A stretch of 64,000 nucleotides of DNA from a virus. Numbering within the stretch: position 1 is the stretch's first letter; each line of letters starts with the position of its first letter. A model generated the notes under the pieces. The model was not told where the DNA came from. It searched no databases and worked only from the letters and a program-made list of their open reading frames with translations. The position numbers and the translations under genes are program-made. Below, in pieces: positions 30,893 through 43,663 of the stretch. The stretch spans positions 5,379 to 69,378 of IMG/VR virus record IMGVR_UViG_3300007554_000005; one strand, written 5' to 3'.

Positions 30893-32667
30893 TGTTTGAT
30901 GATTTTCTAGATGCACTTAAGTCTGATGCTTTTGCAGAGATTCCTGTAGATGCAAAGACCTTTGTAGAGGGTGAAGACTACCTTGGACAGCCACCACTAT
31001 CTCAGGTACAGTACGATATCGTTGAGGCAATGAGCCAGATCTACAAGCAAGAAGATCTAGAAGACATTATGGGTGCCGAGGAAGGTGCCAAGTACTACAA
31101 GAAGTATACTAAGAATGAAGTAATTTTGCAGCTTGGCAAGGGTAGTGGTAAAGACTTTACATCTACTGTAGCATGTAGCTACATCGTATACAAGCTGCTA
31201 TGCCTTAAAGACCCAGCGAGATACTTCGGAAAGCCTTCTGGTGACGCCATTGATATCATCAACGTTGCTATCAACGCACAGCAGGCAAAGAACGTTTTCT
31301 TTAAGGGCTTCAAGTCCAAGATTGAAAGGTCTCCATGGTTTGCAGGCAAGTATTATGCCAAGGCAGACAGCATTGAGTTTGATCACGCTATCACAGTATA
31401 CTCTGGTCACTCAGAGCGAGAATCTCACGAGGGTCTAAACCTTATACTAGCAGTTCTAGACGAGATTTCTGGATTTGCTCAGGAGGTTGGCACTGGTAAT
31501 GACCAGGGCAAAACAGCAGATAACATCTACAAAGCTTTCCGTGCCTCTGTAGATTCTCGTTTCCCAGATCTCGGCAAGGTTGCATTGCTATCATTCCCAC
31601 GTTTCCCTGGCGACTTTATTTCTCAGCGGTATGACGATGTTATTGCAGACAAAGAGGTGATAACCAAGACTCATAAGTTTGTTATGAATCCAGACCTACC
31701 AGAGGATGCAGATGGTAACAGTCTGGAAATTAGCTGGGATGAAGATACTATCGTAAACTATAAGTATCCAGGAGTGTTTGCACTAAAGAGGCCAACCTGG
31801 ATTGTCAACCCTACAAGAAAGGTTGATGACTTTAAGCTAGCATTCTATACAGATATGGGCGATGCTATGCAACGCTTTGCCTGTGTGCCAACCTTCGCAT
31901 CTGATGCATTCTTTAAGCAGCGTGACAAGGTAAGAGCGTGTATGACAGTAAGAAATCCTATTGATAGCTCTAAGAGGTTCGACGAAACATTCAAACCAGA
32001 TCCAGACAAAGTTTACTATGTCCACGCAGACCTTGCTCAGAAGCATGACAAGTGTGCCGTAGCAATTGCCCACGTAGAGAAGTGGGTATCTGTTCAGGTA
32101 ATGAAAGACTATGAGCAGGTAGTGCCAATGGTAGTCGTAGATGCCGTAGTATACTGGGAGCCAAGGGTTGAGGGGCCAGTTAACCTTTCAGAAGTTAAGC
32201 AGTGGATTCAGAATTTACGTCGCCAAGGATTTAACGTCGGAATGGTATCCTTCGACCGCTGGCAGTCATTCGATATTCAGAATGAGCTAAAGGCTGTGGG
32301 AATGAGAACTGAAACGGTATCGGTCGCCAAGAAGCACTACGAAGATATGGCTATGCTTGTTTACGAAGAGCGTCTAGCTATGCCAGCAATTGAGCTACTG
32401 TTTGAGGAGCTAACAGAGCTTAAGATTGTAAAGCAGAACCGTGTGGACCACCCCAGAAAGCTATCTAAGGACCTTGCAGATGCGGTGTGTGGTGCAGTCT
32501 TTGGAGCAATCTCTCATACTCCCAAAAACGTTAACCAGGAAGTAGAGATTCACACTTTCAGGGATAGGCCAAAAGATCCACTTGAAGATAATTCTAAAAA
32601 CGTGATACAATATAAACCCAGTAAAGAAAAGATTGAGGATTATCTATCCCAATTTGAGGTCATATAG
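30892..32667 (+). CDS. terL: terminase large subunit
   Basis: GKGSGKD Walker A, VLDEI Walker B, HADLA and DHP..SKDLADA nuclease motifs. Confidence 0.88.
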   Translation: MFDDFLDALKSDAFAEIPVDAKTFVEGEDYLGQPPLSQVQYDIVEAMSQIYKQEDLEDIMGAEEGAKYYKKYTKNEVILQLGKGSGKDFTSTVACSYIVYKLLCLKDPARYFGKPSGDAIDIINVAINAQQAKNVFFKGFKSKIERSPWFAGKYYAKADSIEFDHAITVYSGHSERESHEGLNLILAVLDEISGFAQEVGTGNDQGKTADNIYKAFRASVDSRFPDLGKVALLSFPRFPGDFISQRYDDVIADKEVITKTHKFVMNPDLPEDADGNSLEISWDEDTIVNYKYPGVFALKRPTWIVNPTRKVDDFKLAFYTDMGDAMQRFACVPTFASDAFFKQRDKVRACMTVRNPIDSSKRFDETFKPDPDKVYYVHADLAQKHDKCAVAIAHVEKWVSVQVMKDYEQVVPMVVVDAVVYWEPRVEGPVNLSEVKQWIQNLRRQGFNVGMVSFDRWQSFDIQNELKAVGMRTETVSVAKKHYEDMAMLVYEERLAMPAIELLFEELTELKIVKQNRVDHPRKLSKDLADAVCGAVFGAISHTPKNVNQEVEIHTFRDRPKDPLEDNSKNVIQYKPSKEKIEDYLSQFEVI

Positions 32668-32681
32668 AAAGCGGTGTACTA

Positions 32682-33081
32682 ATGGTATTGCCAATTTCTA
32701 TAGTCTACTTTTCCAATTACTCCGAGAACACTAAACGATTTGTAGAAAGGCTCACAGATGCAGGAATTCGTATTCCCACTCGTCCTAGCGACGCTCGGGG
32801 CTTCACTGTGGATGCTGAGTATGTACTCGTTTTACCGACTTATGGTGGTGGCAATGAATCACCTGCTATCCCAAAGTCAGTAAAGGTATTTTTAAATAAT
32901 CCTGCCAACAGGGATTTATTGCGTGGTGTCATAGGCACAGGCAACACAAACTTTGGCGAGCACTACTGTAAGGCAGCAGATATGATCTGCAATAAGACTG
33001 GTGTACCACTTATAGGACGTGTAGAAATTATGGGGACACCAGAAGACGTAGAAGAAATTACAAGGAGACTGGAGCTACTAT

Positions 33082-33095
<14 letters not shown>
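32682..33095 (+). CDS. nrdI: class Ib RNR flavodoxin NrdI
   Basis: [25 protein letters not shown]. Confidence 0.92.
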
Positions 33096-36146
<3,051 letters not shown>

Positions 36147-36162
36147 TTAAATAAGTTGGAAT

Positions 36163-36193
36163 GGGGGGCATGGCTTAGGCTGTGCCCCTTTTT
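36163..36193 (+). terminator. intrinsic terminator
   Basis: GGGGGGCATGGC-TTAG-GCTGTGCCCCTT plus T run. Confidence 0.85.
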
Positions 36194-36255
36194 CATTTAT
36201 AAAGTCCAGTATAATAGTATTAGAATACATTCCCCAGCTACCCCAAAACTAGGAG

Positions 36256-37716
36256 ATGAGGTTAATTAACAGATTATTTAAGCTTTCATTGTCAGCACTG
36301 TTAGCTCTTTTCGTAGTGCTTCTTTTTCCTATTTCAGCAAGTGCTAACCACCCCAACACGCCTACTAACCTATCCGCATCTGTATCTTCAGAGCGTAATA
36401 TTACAATAACTTGGACCCAGGCAGCAGCTGTAGAAGGGCAATATAAACCAGAAAGATATGCCATTGGATTTGGCATGAACAGTAGCTGGCCATACGGAGT
36501 TGCAACAGGCAATGTTGGCGGAGCTAACTCTCTTAACACCACGTACACTTTTACCTGTAACTATCTTAAGCAGGTATTTCAATTGGATGATTGTGTGGGT
36601 AGTTTTAATTTTAAAGTTAGGGCTGACAATGACACTAACTCAGTCTACTCTGGTTGGTCTACAGCGGTATCCGTAACTTTAACCACACCAGTTGTATCAC
36701 AAGCAGAGTACGATGCTCTTAATGCTCAGTACCAAGCCTTACAGACTAATTACAATCAGCTTAAGTCAAGTTATGATAGCTTGCAGGCATCTTACGATGA
36801 GCTAAAAACAGCCTATATTAATTATCAAGACAGTGCAAAGGCACAGATTGAACAAGATCAAATAACAATTGCTGGATATATCAAGAAGGTGGACTCGCTT
36901 ACTGAGAGCCTTGCGACCAAGTCTGCAGAGCTAGAAGATAAAGTAAAGGAACTTGCTACAGCACAAGAATCAATTGCCACCCTTAAGGCTGACCTGGAAG
37001 ATGCAAACTTTAAGCTGGGAATTGCAGAAGATAATTTTGCTACAGTTAGCAAAGAGCTAAAAGACGCACTAACTAGTCTGGCTAAAAGCAAGTCTGACTA
37101 CGAGCTAGAGAAGGCTAAGTCCGCTGATCTTGGCAAACAGCTTGCAGCATCTAAGGCTAGGGTAGAAGAGCTTGAGGCAAAGCTAGCAGATGTAACCAAG
37201 AGACTAGATGATATGACAGCTAAGCAAGGATCTACTCAAAAAGAGCTAGAGGCAGCGAGAGCGACCATAGAAAGCCTAAAGGCCCAGCTTACAGCTGCCA
37301 ATGCAACCATAGACGAGCAGAAGAAAAAGATAGAAGATTTACAGGCTATTCTAAATAACCCAAAGGCTGAGCAAAATCTAGCTTTGGCAGAAGAGGTTAA
37401 AGAAATTGCAATGGCAAAATTTCAAACTTCAGAAAAAGATTCAGAAGAATACCTGGTGGCTCTGGAGCTGCTAGCAGTTGCAGCAGAAGCAGATGACCCA
37501 GACTTGGCAGAAGAAATTGCTGTGATACCAGTCGTGGGTGCAGTAGCTGAACAGGTGCTAGAGGTTATGAACAACCTGGGAAATATTGGTGCTGACATTG
37601 CACCAGAACAGCGAGAGCGAGCAGAAGAGATTGTTGTTGCATCTGTTATTGCAGGAAATGTTGCAGCATCGGCAGGAGCATCCGCAGCTAGTGGAGCAAG
37701 GAGGAAAGTAGAGTGA
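36256..37716 (+). CDS. secreted protein: signal peptide, FN3-like domain, long coiled coil
   Basis: Signal peptide ending ASA; PNTPTNL..ITW..FKVRADND..YSGWS; heptad repeats. Confidence 0.7.
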   Translation: MRLINRLFKLSLSALLALFVVLLFPISASANHPNTPTNLSASVSSERNITITWTQAAAVEGQYKPERYAIGFGMNSSWPYGVATGNVGGANSLNTTYTFTCNYLKQVFQLDDCVGSFNFKVRADNDTNSVYSGWSTAVSVTLTTPVVSQAEYDALNAQYQALQTNYNQLKSSYDSLQASYDELKTAYINYQDSAKAQIEQDQITIAGYIKKVDSLTESLATKSAELEDKVKELATAQESIATLKADLEDANFKLGIAEDNFATVSKELKDALTSLAKSKSDYELEKAKSADLGKQLAASKARVEELEAKLADVTKRLDDMTAKQGSTQKELEAARATIESLKAQLTAANATIDEQKKKIEDLQAILNNPKAEQNLALAEEVKEIAMAKFQTSEKDSEEYLVALELLAVAAEADDPDLAEEIAVIPVVGAVAEQVLEVMNNLGNIGADIAPEQRERAEEIVVASVIAGNVAASAGASAASGARRKVE

Positions 37717-37913
37717 AAAAGTTTATTAAAAAGATTTTCACAGGCATCAAAAATGTATTTGCTGACGTAGTAGCAGAGTCTTGGACCCTGGTAGGTATGT
37801 TTGTAGCTTGGATTGTTCTTGAAGGATCTGCCAGAGAAATGACTGGTTACGTAATCCTTGGAACTCTAGCACTGTGGATTATAACTTTTAGGCTTAGAAA
37901 CCCTAAAGAATAA
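37713..37913 (+). CDS. small membrane protein
   Basis: GTGA overlap; two hydrophobic segments. Confidence 0.65.
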   Translation: MKKFIKKIFTGIKNVFADVVAESWTLVGMFVAWIVLEGSAREMTGYVILGTLALWIITFRLRNPKE

Positions 37914-37924
37914 AGGAGGAAAGT

Positions 37925-38191
37925 ATGAACGAAGGAATGGGAACCGACAAGTCTGCTATGGCAAAAAATATAGCAAAAAGGATTACCGCCGTTTTTGTTG
38001 CGTCTGGCCTTAGCGTTTTGGGTGCAGGAGCCATTGTAGGCGTTGACGTAATACAGGCCGTTCTAATGGCTGGTATTCTAGGAGTAGCAAGCGTAATTGA
38101 AAAACTTGCCAGGTCGTTTATTGATGACGGCAAGCTTACTATGGATGAAGTTGACGAGGCATTTTCAAAAGTAGATAAGAACCAGGAGTAA
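37925..38191 (+). CDS. small membrane protein (holin-like)
   Basis: SD AAGGAGG; two TM segments; DDGKLT..E tail. Confidence 0.6.
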   Translation: MNEGMGTDKSAMAKNIAKRITAVFVASGLSVLGAGAIVGVDVIQAVLMAGILGVASVIEKLARSFIDDGKLTMDEVDEAFSKVDKNQE

Positions 38192-38196
38192 TCCTA

Positions 38197-38225
38197 TAGA
38201 CACGCATCTGTTTATGGTGTATAAT
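38197..38225 (+). promoter_or_regulatory. sigma70-type promoter
   Basis: TAGACA-17 nt-TATAAT. Confidence 0.55.
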
Positions 38226-38268
38226 ATTCATTAGGATATTTTTTTGTACTTTAGAAAGAGAGCGTAAC

Positions 38269-38994
38269 TTGAAAGACAATGATGAAGATGGTGCCAATTT
38301 CCCAGAGAGCTGGGACTTTGACAGGGACTCAAAGCCACAGAAGTTCTTTGAAAGATTCTTGGACAATGACCTTGATTACGTTTCGGATAGGCTAAAGCTA
38401 GAGTATTCTAGAATTGAAAAACTAGAGATGCACGGAATACTTCCGCACGACGATGATAAGGATATCTTTACTTATTCTAAGTCATTGTCTACTCATAAGT
38501 CTAGGGAGTATAATGCGTTTCAGATGTACTACCCATTTATGCATGAGCTTTTCTCTGCAGTTGTAGATATGACACGTGAGGCTTGCGAGTACTACGAAAT
38601 TGACTATAACTCTGAGCAGTGGATGGCACAGGCATGGTTTAACATTAATAGCCGTGAAAAGGGTGCAAAGCTAGAGTGGCATGATCACCTAGACAAGAAC
38701 ATCAAGGTGCCAGCCTTCCATGGCTACTATTCAGTAAATGCTGAGCCCTCTACAACTCACTATGATGTAAATGGTGAGATGAAGGTTAATGACAACAAAA
38801 ATAATCGTGCCGTAATGTCTATGGTTGGCTACCAGCATGCTATGGGTCCATGGGAATGGGAAGGCGAAAGGATTACCATCGCCTATGACGTTATTCCTCT
38901 AAAGATTATGACCCAAGAAGCATTCTTAGATGCAGACATGAAAGACGAGCCATTCTGGGAGCAGCACTACTTCCCACTTCCTAAAATCTATTGA
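38269..38994 (+). CDS. 2OG-Fe(II) oxygenase-like protein
   Basis: AWFNIN..WHDH..HGYY..HAM..RITIAYDV double-stranded beta-helix pattern. Confidence 0.6.
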   Translation: MKDNDEDGANFPESWDFDRDSKPQKFFERFLDNDLDYVSDRLKLEYSRIEKLEMHGILPHDDDKDIFTYSKSLSTHKSREYNAFQMYYPFMHELFSAVVDMTREACEYYEIDYNSEQWMAQAWFNINSREKGAKLEWHDHLDKNIKVPAFHGYYSVNAEPSTTHYDVNGEMKVNDNKNNRAVMSMVGYQHAMGPWEWEGERITIAYDVIPLKIMTQEAFLDADMKDEPFWEQHYFPLPKIY

Positions 38995-39019
38995 CAAATA
39001 CTTCAAGATTGGGTATAAT
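38991..39019 (+). promoter_or_regulatory. consensus sigma70 promoter (leaderless to ATG 39026)
   Basis: TTGACA-17 nt-TATAAT. Confidence 0.75.
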
Positions 39020-39025
39020 TTTAAC

Positions 39026-39196
39026 ATGAGAGAAGAAATGAATATTGGTCAGTGGGTTGACTACGGCATTGAAAAGGGATGGGTATCAGAACCTTTCTGC
39101 CACACTCACGACGGCGATCCGTATATGACAGAAGAAGAGTCACAAGAGTGGGAAGATGGTGGGGACCCATGCATGCACGTATTAAAAATATTGTAG
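39026..39196 (+). CDS. small acidic metal-binding-type protein (56 aa, not in ORF track)
   Basis: MREEMNIGQWVDYGIEKGWVSEPFCHTHDGDPY...GGDPCMHVLKIL; starts 6 nt after TATAAT. Confidence 0.7.
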   Translation: MREEMNIGQWVDYGIEKGWVSEPFCHTHDGDPYMTEEESQEWEDGGDPCMHVLKIL

Positions 39197-40392
39197 TATA
39201 TTCTTTAATGGCAAGCATTCTTGCTGGCTGTGTCTCTATCCCAGAAGCAACTTCTACTGCGAGTCAAGAAATAGCTATTGAAGATGAAATGTCGGAGCAA
39301 GAGTATTTAGAACTTTTGCAACGGGTTGCAGAAAATGACGCCTTAGAAAAGGAACTTCTGCAAAATGTTAGAGAGTCTGAGGAGCGATCAAGCTCGGAAA
39401 GTGCAGTTGCAGAAGAGACATCCACTCCCATAGCCAAAGATTCAGTATCTCAGGGCACGTCTGCGATCACACCTGAAGCATCAGAATTAAAGGAACAGCC
39501 TTCTGAGCCAGATAGGTCCATAGCGTTAAGGGCATACCAGGAAGTTGTCGGCAGCCTTAATAACTCCGCATATCCCGAAGAGAGTCAGGTCGTCACATCC
39601 GAGTCCATTGGCGATAGCTACAGGAATGAGCTTTACTCAGTTTTCGCCTTGTCAGTAGACGCCTGGGATGAGTATGTGGGTAATAATCCAAATCAAATTG
39701 GTGTCTTCTTTACTAATAGCTTAGAGGACCTTTCTTGGGCTGACGAAATGGTAAAGACCTATGGAGGTTATGGACCTGAAGGGGGCTGGGCAAATTATAT
39801 TCTTAAAAGTAAGTACTGGTCTGGACCAGATTGCGGACCAGGTGATGCAACACCACGGGCGTTCTACTTATGTGTATCCTCTAATCCCTCAAGGAGTCAG
39901 TTGGCGGCACAAAGGGAAACAATAATCCACGAGTACTTTCACATAGTACACATGCAAGTTGCTAAGACTTGGCAGCTTCCGATGTGGATAACTGAAGGTT
40001 CCGCTACCTACTTTGGCACAACACTCGGAGTAGGTAAAACGATTGCTGACAGGGCCACAACAAGGGCCACAGACTGGCTGACTGTCAACTATGGGTTTGG
40101 CTGGAACAACGTCATTAAAAATATTTCAAAAGAAGAATTTGTGCAAATCTTCATCGAACTTGAGTCATTGTCGACAAACACGACGCGATCAAAAATTGAG
40201 AAATATAATGCTTATATAACTGGAGGCCTGGCAGTCGAATATTTGATCGGGGTGCATGGCTATCAGGAGTTTATGACTTTTCTTTCAGACATAGCCTCTG
40301 GTATTACATGGCAAGAATCTTTTTCTAGGCACTACGGAGGCAGAGAAGCTTTCTATGATACAATGTATACATATTTAAACGAAATTTATTAA
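39169..40392 (+). CDS. lipoprotein zinc metallopeptidase (gluzincin-like)
   Basis: Lipobox ILAGC after ATG 39169; HEYFH plus WITEGSATY third-ligand motif. Confidence 0.7.
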   Translation: MHARIKNIVVYSLMASILAGCVSIPEATSTASQEIAIEDEMSEQEYLELLQRVAENDALEKELLQNVRESEERSSSESAVAEETSTPIAKDSVSQGTSAITPEASELKEQPSEPDRSIALRAYQEVVGSLNNSAYPEESQVVTSESIGDSYRNELYSVFALSVDAWDEYVGNNPNQIGVFFTNSLEDLSWADEMVKTYGGYGPEGGWANYILKSKYWSGPDCGPGDATPRAFYLCVSSNPSRSQLAAQRETIIHEYFHIVHMQVAKTWQLPMWITEGSATYFGTTLGVGKTIADRATTRATDWLTVNYGFGWNNVIKNISKEEFVQIFIELESLSTNTTRSKIEKYNAYITGGLAVEYLIGVHGYQEFMTFLSDIASGITWQESFSRHYGGREAFYDTMYTYLNEIY

Positions 40393-40403
40393 ATGATGTA
40401 TGA

Positions 40404-40475
40404 TCTCCCTTAGCTCAATGGCAGAGCAGAGAGCTGTTAACTCTAAGGTTCGTGGTTCGAGTCCACGAGGGAGAG
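40404..40475 (+). tRNA. tRNA-Asn(GTT), no encoded CCA
   Basis: Cloverleaf TCTCCCT/AGGGAGA, loop CTGTTAA, TTCGAGT T-loop. Confidence 0.92.
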
Positions 40476-40479
40476 CTCA

Positions 40480-40553
40480 GGTCTGTTAGCTCAGTTGGTT
40501 AGAGCACCACCCTGTCACGGTGGGGGTCGTGGGTTCAAGTCCCATACAGATCG
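40480..40553 (+). tRNA. tRNA-Asp(GTC), no encoded CCA
   Basis: GGTCTGT/ACAGATC acceptor, CCACC-CTGTCAC-GGTGG anticodon arm. Confidence 0.93.
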
Positions 40554-40568
40554 CTGGTAGAAATACCT

Positions 40569-40640
40569 GCCCCGATAGCTCAGTGGTAGAGCAACGCACT
40601 TGTAATGCGTAGGTCGTCAGTTCAATCCTGACTTGGGGCT
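40569..40640 (+). tRNA. tRNA-Thr(TGT), no encoded CCA
   Basis: GCCCCGA/TTGGGGC acceptor, ACGCA-CTTGTAA-TGCGT anticodon arm. Confidence 0.93.
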
Positions 40641-40643
40641 CTT

Positions 40644-41342
40644 ATGGAAAAAGAAATGGTTAGTGATTCGCAGGGTGCACTTGCAGATAAGAACATCTGG
40701 TATACAACAAAAGATCCAGACTTTGTAGAGATAAGCCTAAGGTCTCTTGTACGCCCAAGTTGGCTAGACTATAGGCCAGTGTTGCAGGGTAGATATTCAA
40801 GTAGTGTCCTTAAACCACTAAGTAACTATGTAGAGAACATAGGTACTGAGCCTTCGATTGTCAGCATTATAGGGAATACAGTAAGGTTTAGGTTTTATCT
40901 TTATGCAGACATCTACCTTTTGGGTGAGAATGATAGTTTTTATAATGTAGATAGGACCTGGATGAGGCAATACTATCTTACAGACAAGCACCTCAATGAT
41001 CCAGACAACCAATGTTTCGATGGAACGTTTAAGTTCTTTGTACCATGGTTTATAGAAGACAACCTAGAGGTTAGATATGAACAATGCAGCGATGTGGAGT
41101 CTCCAGTTTTAGTAGAGGCCACTAATGACTTCTGGCATAAACCAGTTATCAATTCGGAGTCTATATCCAGACCCATGTTCTTGTCACCGCACTTTGTTTC
41201 TTTTAAATTTAAGAAATACGGTAGTCACATGGAGGATGACATTTTTGGAATACCAAGAAGGGGGGCACCAATCTTTGACATGGTAGCTTCAGTTAGTGAT
41301 ATAATGTTAAAGAGAATAAAGGAGCAGTATGCCCACAATTAG
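40644..41342 (+). CDS. hypothetical protein (possibly distant DUF6065-like)
   Basis: 232 aa; C-terminal IPRRGAPIFDM echoes IKQGTPIAQL of downstream genes. Confidence 0.5.
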   Translation: MEKEMVSDSQGALADKNIWYTTKDPDFVEISLRSLVRPSWLDYRPVLQGRYSSSVLKPLSNYVENIGTEPSIVSIIGNTVRFRFYLYADIYLLGENDSFYNVDRTWMRQYYLTDKHLNDPDNQCFDGTFKFFVPWFIEDNLEVRYEQCSDVESPVLVEATNDFWHKPVINSESISRPMFLSPHFVSFKFKKYGSHMEDDIFGIPRRGAPIFDMVASVSDIMLKRIKEQYAHN

Positions 41343-42054
41343 GTTTTACCCATTTAGCGAAGTCTCTCAGGAATTCGCACCTTTGCCACAGCCTGGCATT
41401 AAGTTTATACCAGACTGGTACAAGGCTCAGCCAGGCAACAAGGGCGATAGCGAAATGATCCCAGCAATAGGAGTAGCAGCTTCCACAGTAAAGAGATGTA
41501 TGCCTATCTTCGATGCTATTACTGCTGGCTACATCATTGTTGCACCTTGCGATATACACTTAGACGCAACAAATCCAGAAAAGCTTGAGTGGTCCATCCC
41601 TGCCCAGTTGCAATCTTTAAAGGCGGACATGTTTGCCTTTCACTCTCCAGAACAATATGAGAATTATCCAGTAGATCCAGATCAGTATCATAAACAAATT
41701 TTTAGAATTCTGCCAACATGGGCAGTAGGAACTGATGAGGGGTACAGTACCCTGTATACTAATCCATACCATTCAGATGCCTCACCACTATGGGCCTTTA
41801 CGGCAATCGTAGATACTGATAAGTTTGTCACAGACGGTCATCTTTCCTTTTTGGTAAAGAAGGGATTTAAGGGAACAATTAAGCAAGGAACTCCGATTGC
41901 ACAGCTAATACCGTTTAAGAGAGAGGCCTGGACATCAGAAGCAATTGATCCAGACGAGGCAAGGTCGTTCTTTGATAAGCAAAGGTTTAATCTTAGAAGT
42001 ACTTTTATTAATGGATACAAAAATAAGTTTAGGTCAAAGAAAGAATACAAATGA
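41329..42054 (+). CDS. DUF6065-like protein
   Basis: PDWYK, TVKRCMPIFDAITAGY, GTPIAQLIPFKRE. Confidence 0.55.
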   Translation: MPTIRFYPFSEVSQEFAPLPQPGIKFIPDWYKAQPGNKGDSEMIPAIGVAASTVKRCMPIFDAITAGYIIVAPCDIHLDATNPEKLEWSIPAQLQSLKADMFAFHSPEQYENYPVDPDQYHKQIFRILPTWAVGTDEGYSTLYTNPYHSDASPLWAFTAIVDTDKFVTDGHLSFLVKKGFKGTIKQGTPIAQLIPFKREAWTSEAIDPDEARSFFDKQRFNLRSTFINGYKNKFRSKKEYK

Positions 42055-42806
42055 GTGATGAAGAAGATTTTTTAAAAATCACCTTTGTTCCAAGCACTCC
42101 AGACCATAGGCAAATCGGCCTTCTGCCACCAGAGCCATCTACTTGGCATGTTCCAGAATGGTACAAAAGCCTTGCAAAACATAATAGGTCTAATAGTGAA
42201 AAAACCTTATACCCTGTAAACTTTATTGGATCAGACGGTGCTACTGTTGCAACAAAGCAGTGTCCGCCATTTTTGGACGCCATGACTGCTGGCTATCAGT
42301 ACGTTCTAAGCGGTGATCTTCATGTCGATATTGACGATGACGGCAAGCCAATCTTGTGGTGGGATAGCGATATGATGCTTGTAGATCACAGGCCAACCAT
42401 CGAGCTGCCAGTGCCAGAGGGTCATCACCCAATACACTATGGATTTAAGATGGCATGGTACTACGAAACGCCCCCAGGGCATTCTGTATTAATAACGCAC
42501 CCAATGAATAGGTACGACCTACCATTTACTGTTCAGTCTGGCATAGTTGAATCCGACATTTGGGGCTTGCCAGTATTCGTAGCTTTCTTTCTAAAGAGGG
42601 GGTTCCGTGGAATCATACCAAAGGGCACCCCACTATTTCAGATTATTCCATTTAAAAGAGACAACTGGCAAATGCAGATTTTAGATTCTCACGAAGAAAT
42701 TGAGAAGCATACCTTTGCAGCCGAAAAAAGAAGAACAAGGGCTCACGGATACTATAAGTGGTTTGCTTGGAGAAAGAAAATATTTAGGGGCTTGGGCAAG
42801 TCATGA
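42051..42806 (+). CDS. DUF6065-like protein (paralog)
   Basis: PEWYK, TKQCPPFLDAMTAGY, KGTPLFQIIPFKRD. Confidence 0.55.
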   Translation: MSDEEDFLKITFVPSTPDHRQIGLLPPEPSTWHVPEWYKSLAKHNRSNSEKTLYPVNFIGSDGATVATKQCPPFLDAMTAGYQYVLSGDLHVDIDDDGKPILWWDSDMMLVDHRPTIELPVPEGHHPIHYGFKMAWYYETPPGHSVLITHPMNRYDLPFTVQSGIVESDIWGLPVFVAFFLKRGFRGIIPKGTPLFQIIPFKRDNWQMQILDSHEEIEKHTFAAEKRRTRAHGYYKWFAWRKKIFRGLGKS

Positions 42807-43633
42807 CAGATATTAGCATAGTAATTTACTCATACAAGGGGAAAAATCTAGCTGACGTGCTGGAAAGCCTACTTGAATCTGCATCTAGCGAGATCCACAT
42901 TACCGTCTATGACCAGCATCCTATGGATAGAAAAGAAAAGCTTTCTAAGCTTCACAATATTCAGTACAGGCATATTTTTTGGGATGAAATCTTAAGCCCA
43001 ACATCTTACAAGGCAGGTGGACTAAATGATGAAAACATTGTAGCACCATATTCCATGCTTATTTCTGATGACATACAGCTTGCTGATGGCTGGGATAAAA
43101 CTTTAATTAGGTATATATCAGAAAATAATAAGATAGTGTCTGGCTTTAGTAGTGGCAAGCTCATGGTTCACGATAAGTATTTCCTTCGTCAGGAGGTCAT
43201 AGCCTCGGATGGATTTGCGACCACTAACTATATAAACACCAACTTTATATTCGCCAGGACTGAAACCCTTCGAAACCTGAAGTATCCAGATGATGTAAAG
43301 TATTTTGGCGAGGCAGAGAAGTTATCAATGGATGCATTTATAAAAAATGTTGATGTCGTCTGTGCACCATCCAACATTCTGAAGAAAGATTTTGGTGACA
43401 GGACAATGGAAAATCTTTACGTGCCATTCTCGACAGAGCACAACTATAATAGTTGCATAGACATGATGCTGTCAGAAGAGTATTCTGGCTGGGTAGAGTT
43501 TCACGGCTTATCTGATAGATTGCCCAAAAAGCTACCATACCAAATAGATGATGTTTTATACAACCCCTATGACCTTAAATTTAACGATGTGGAACAAGAT
43601 AGGTTTATAGGTCTAGTAAAAGCTATCTATTAA
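42803..43633 (+). CDS. glycosyltransferase, GT60 (Gnt1/GlcNAc-T)-like GT-A fold
   Basis: ISIVIYSYK..LESLLESA..YDQ N-terminus and NFIFA..YPDDVKYFGEAEKLSMDAF..VDV..P resemble the GT60 consensus; DxH degenerate (SDD). Confidence 0.5.
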   Translation: MTDISIVIYSYKGKNLADVLESLLESASSEIHITVYDQHPMDRKEKLSKLHNIQYRHIFWDEILSPTSYKAGGLNDENIVAPYSMLISDDIQLADGWDKTLIRYISENNKIVSGFSSGKLMVHDKYFLRQEVIASDGFATTNYINTNFIFARTETLRNLKYPDDVKYFGEAEKLSMDAFIKNVDVVCAPSNILKKDFGDRTMENLYVPFSTEHNYNSCIDMMLSEEYSGWVEFHGLSDRLPKKLPYQIDDVLYNPYDLKFNDVEQDRFIGLVKAIY

Positions 43634-43663
43634 TGGTATAATATTATTACAGGAGGCAGAGCA

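Noticed and set aside
39079-39168. N-terminal extension of the 437-aa ORF
   Set aside because: Overlaps the better-supported 39026 gene; the lipoprotein signal starts at 39169
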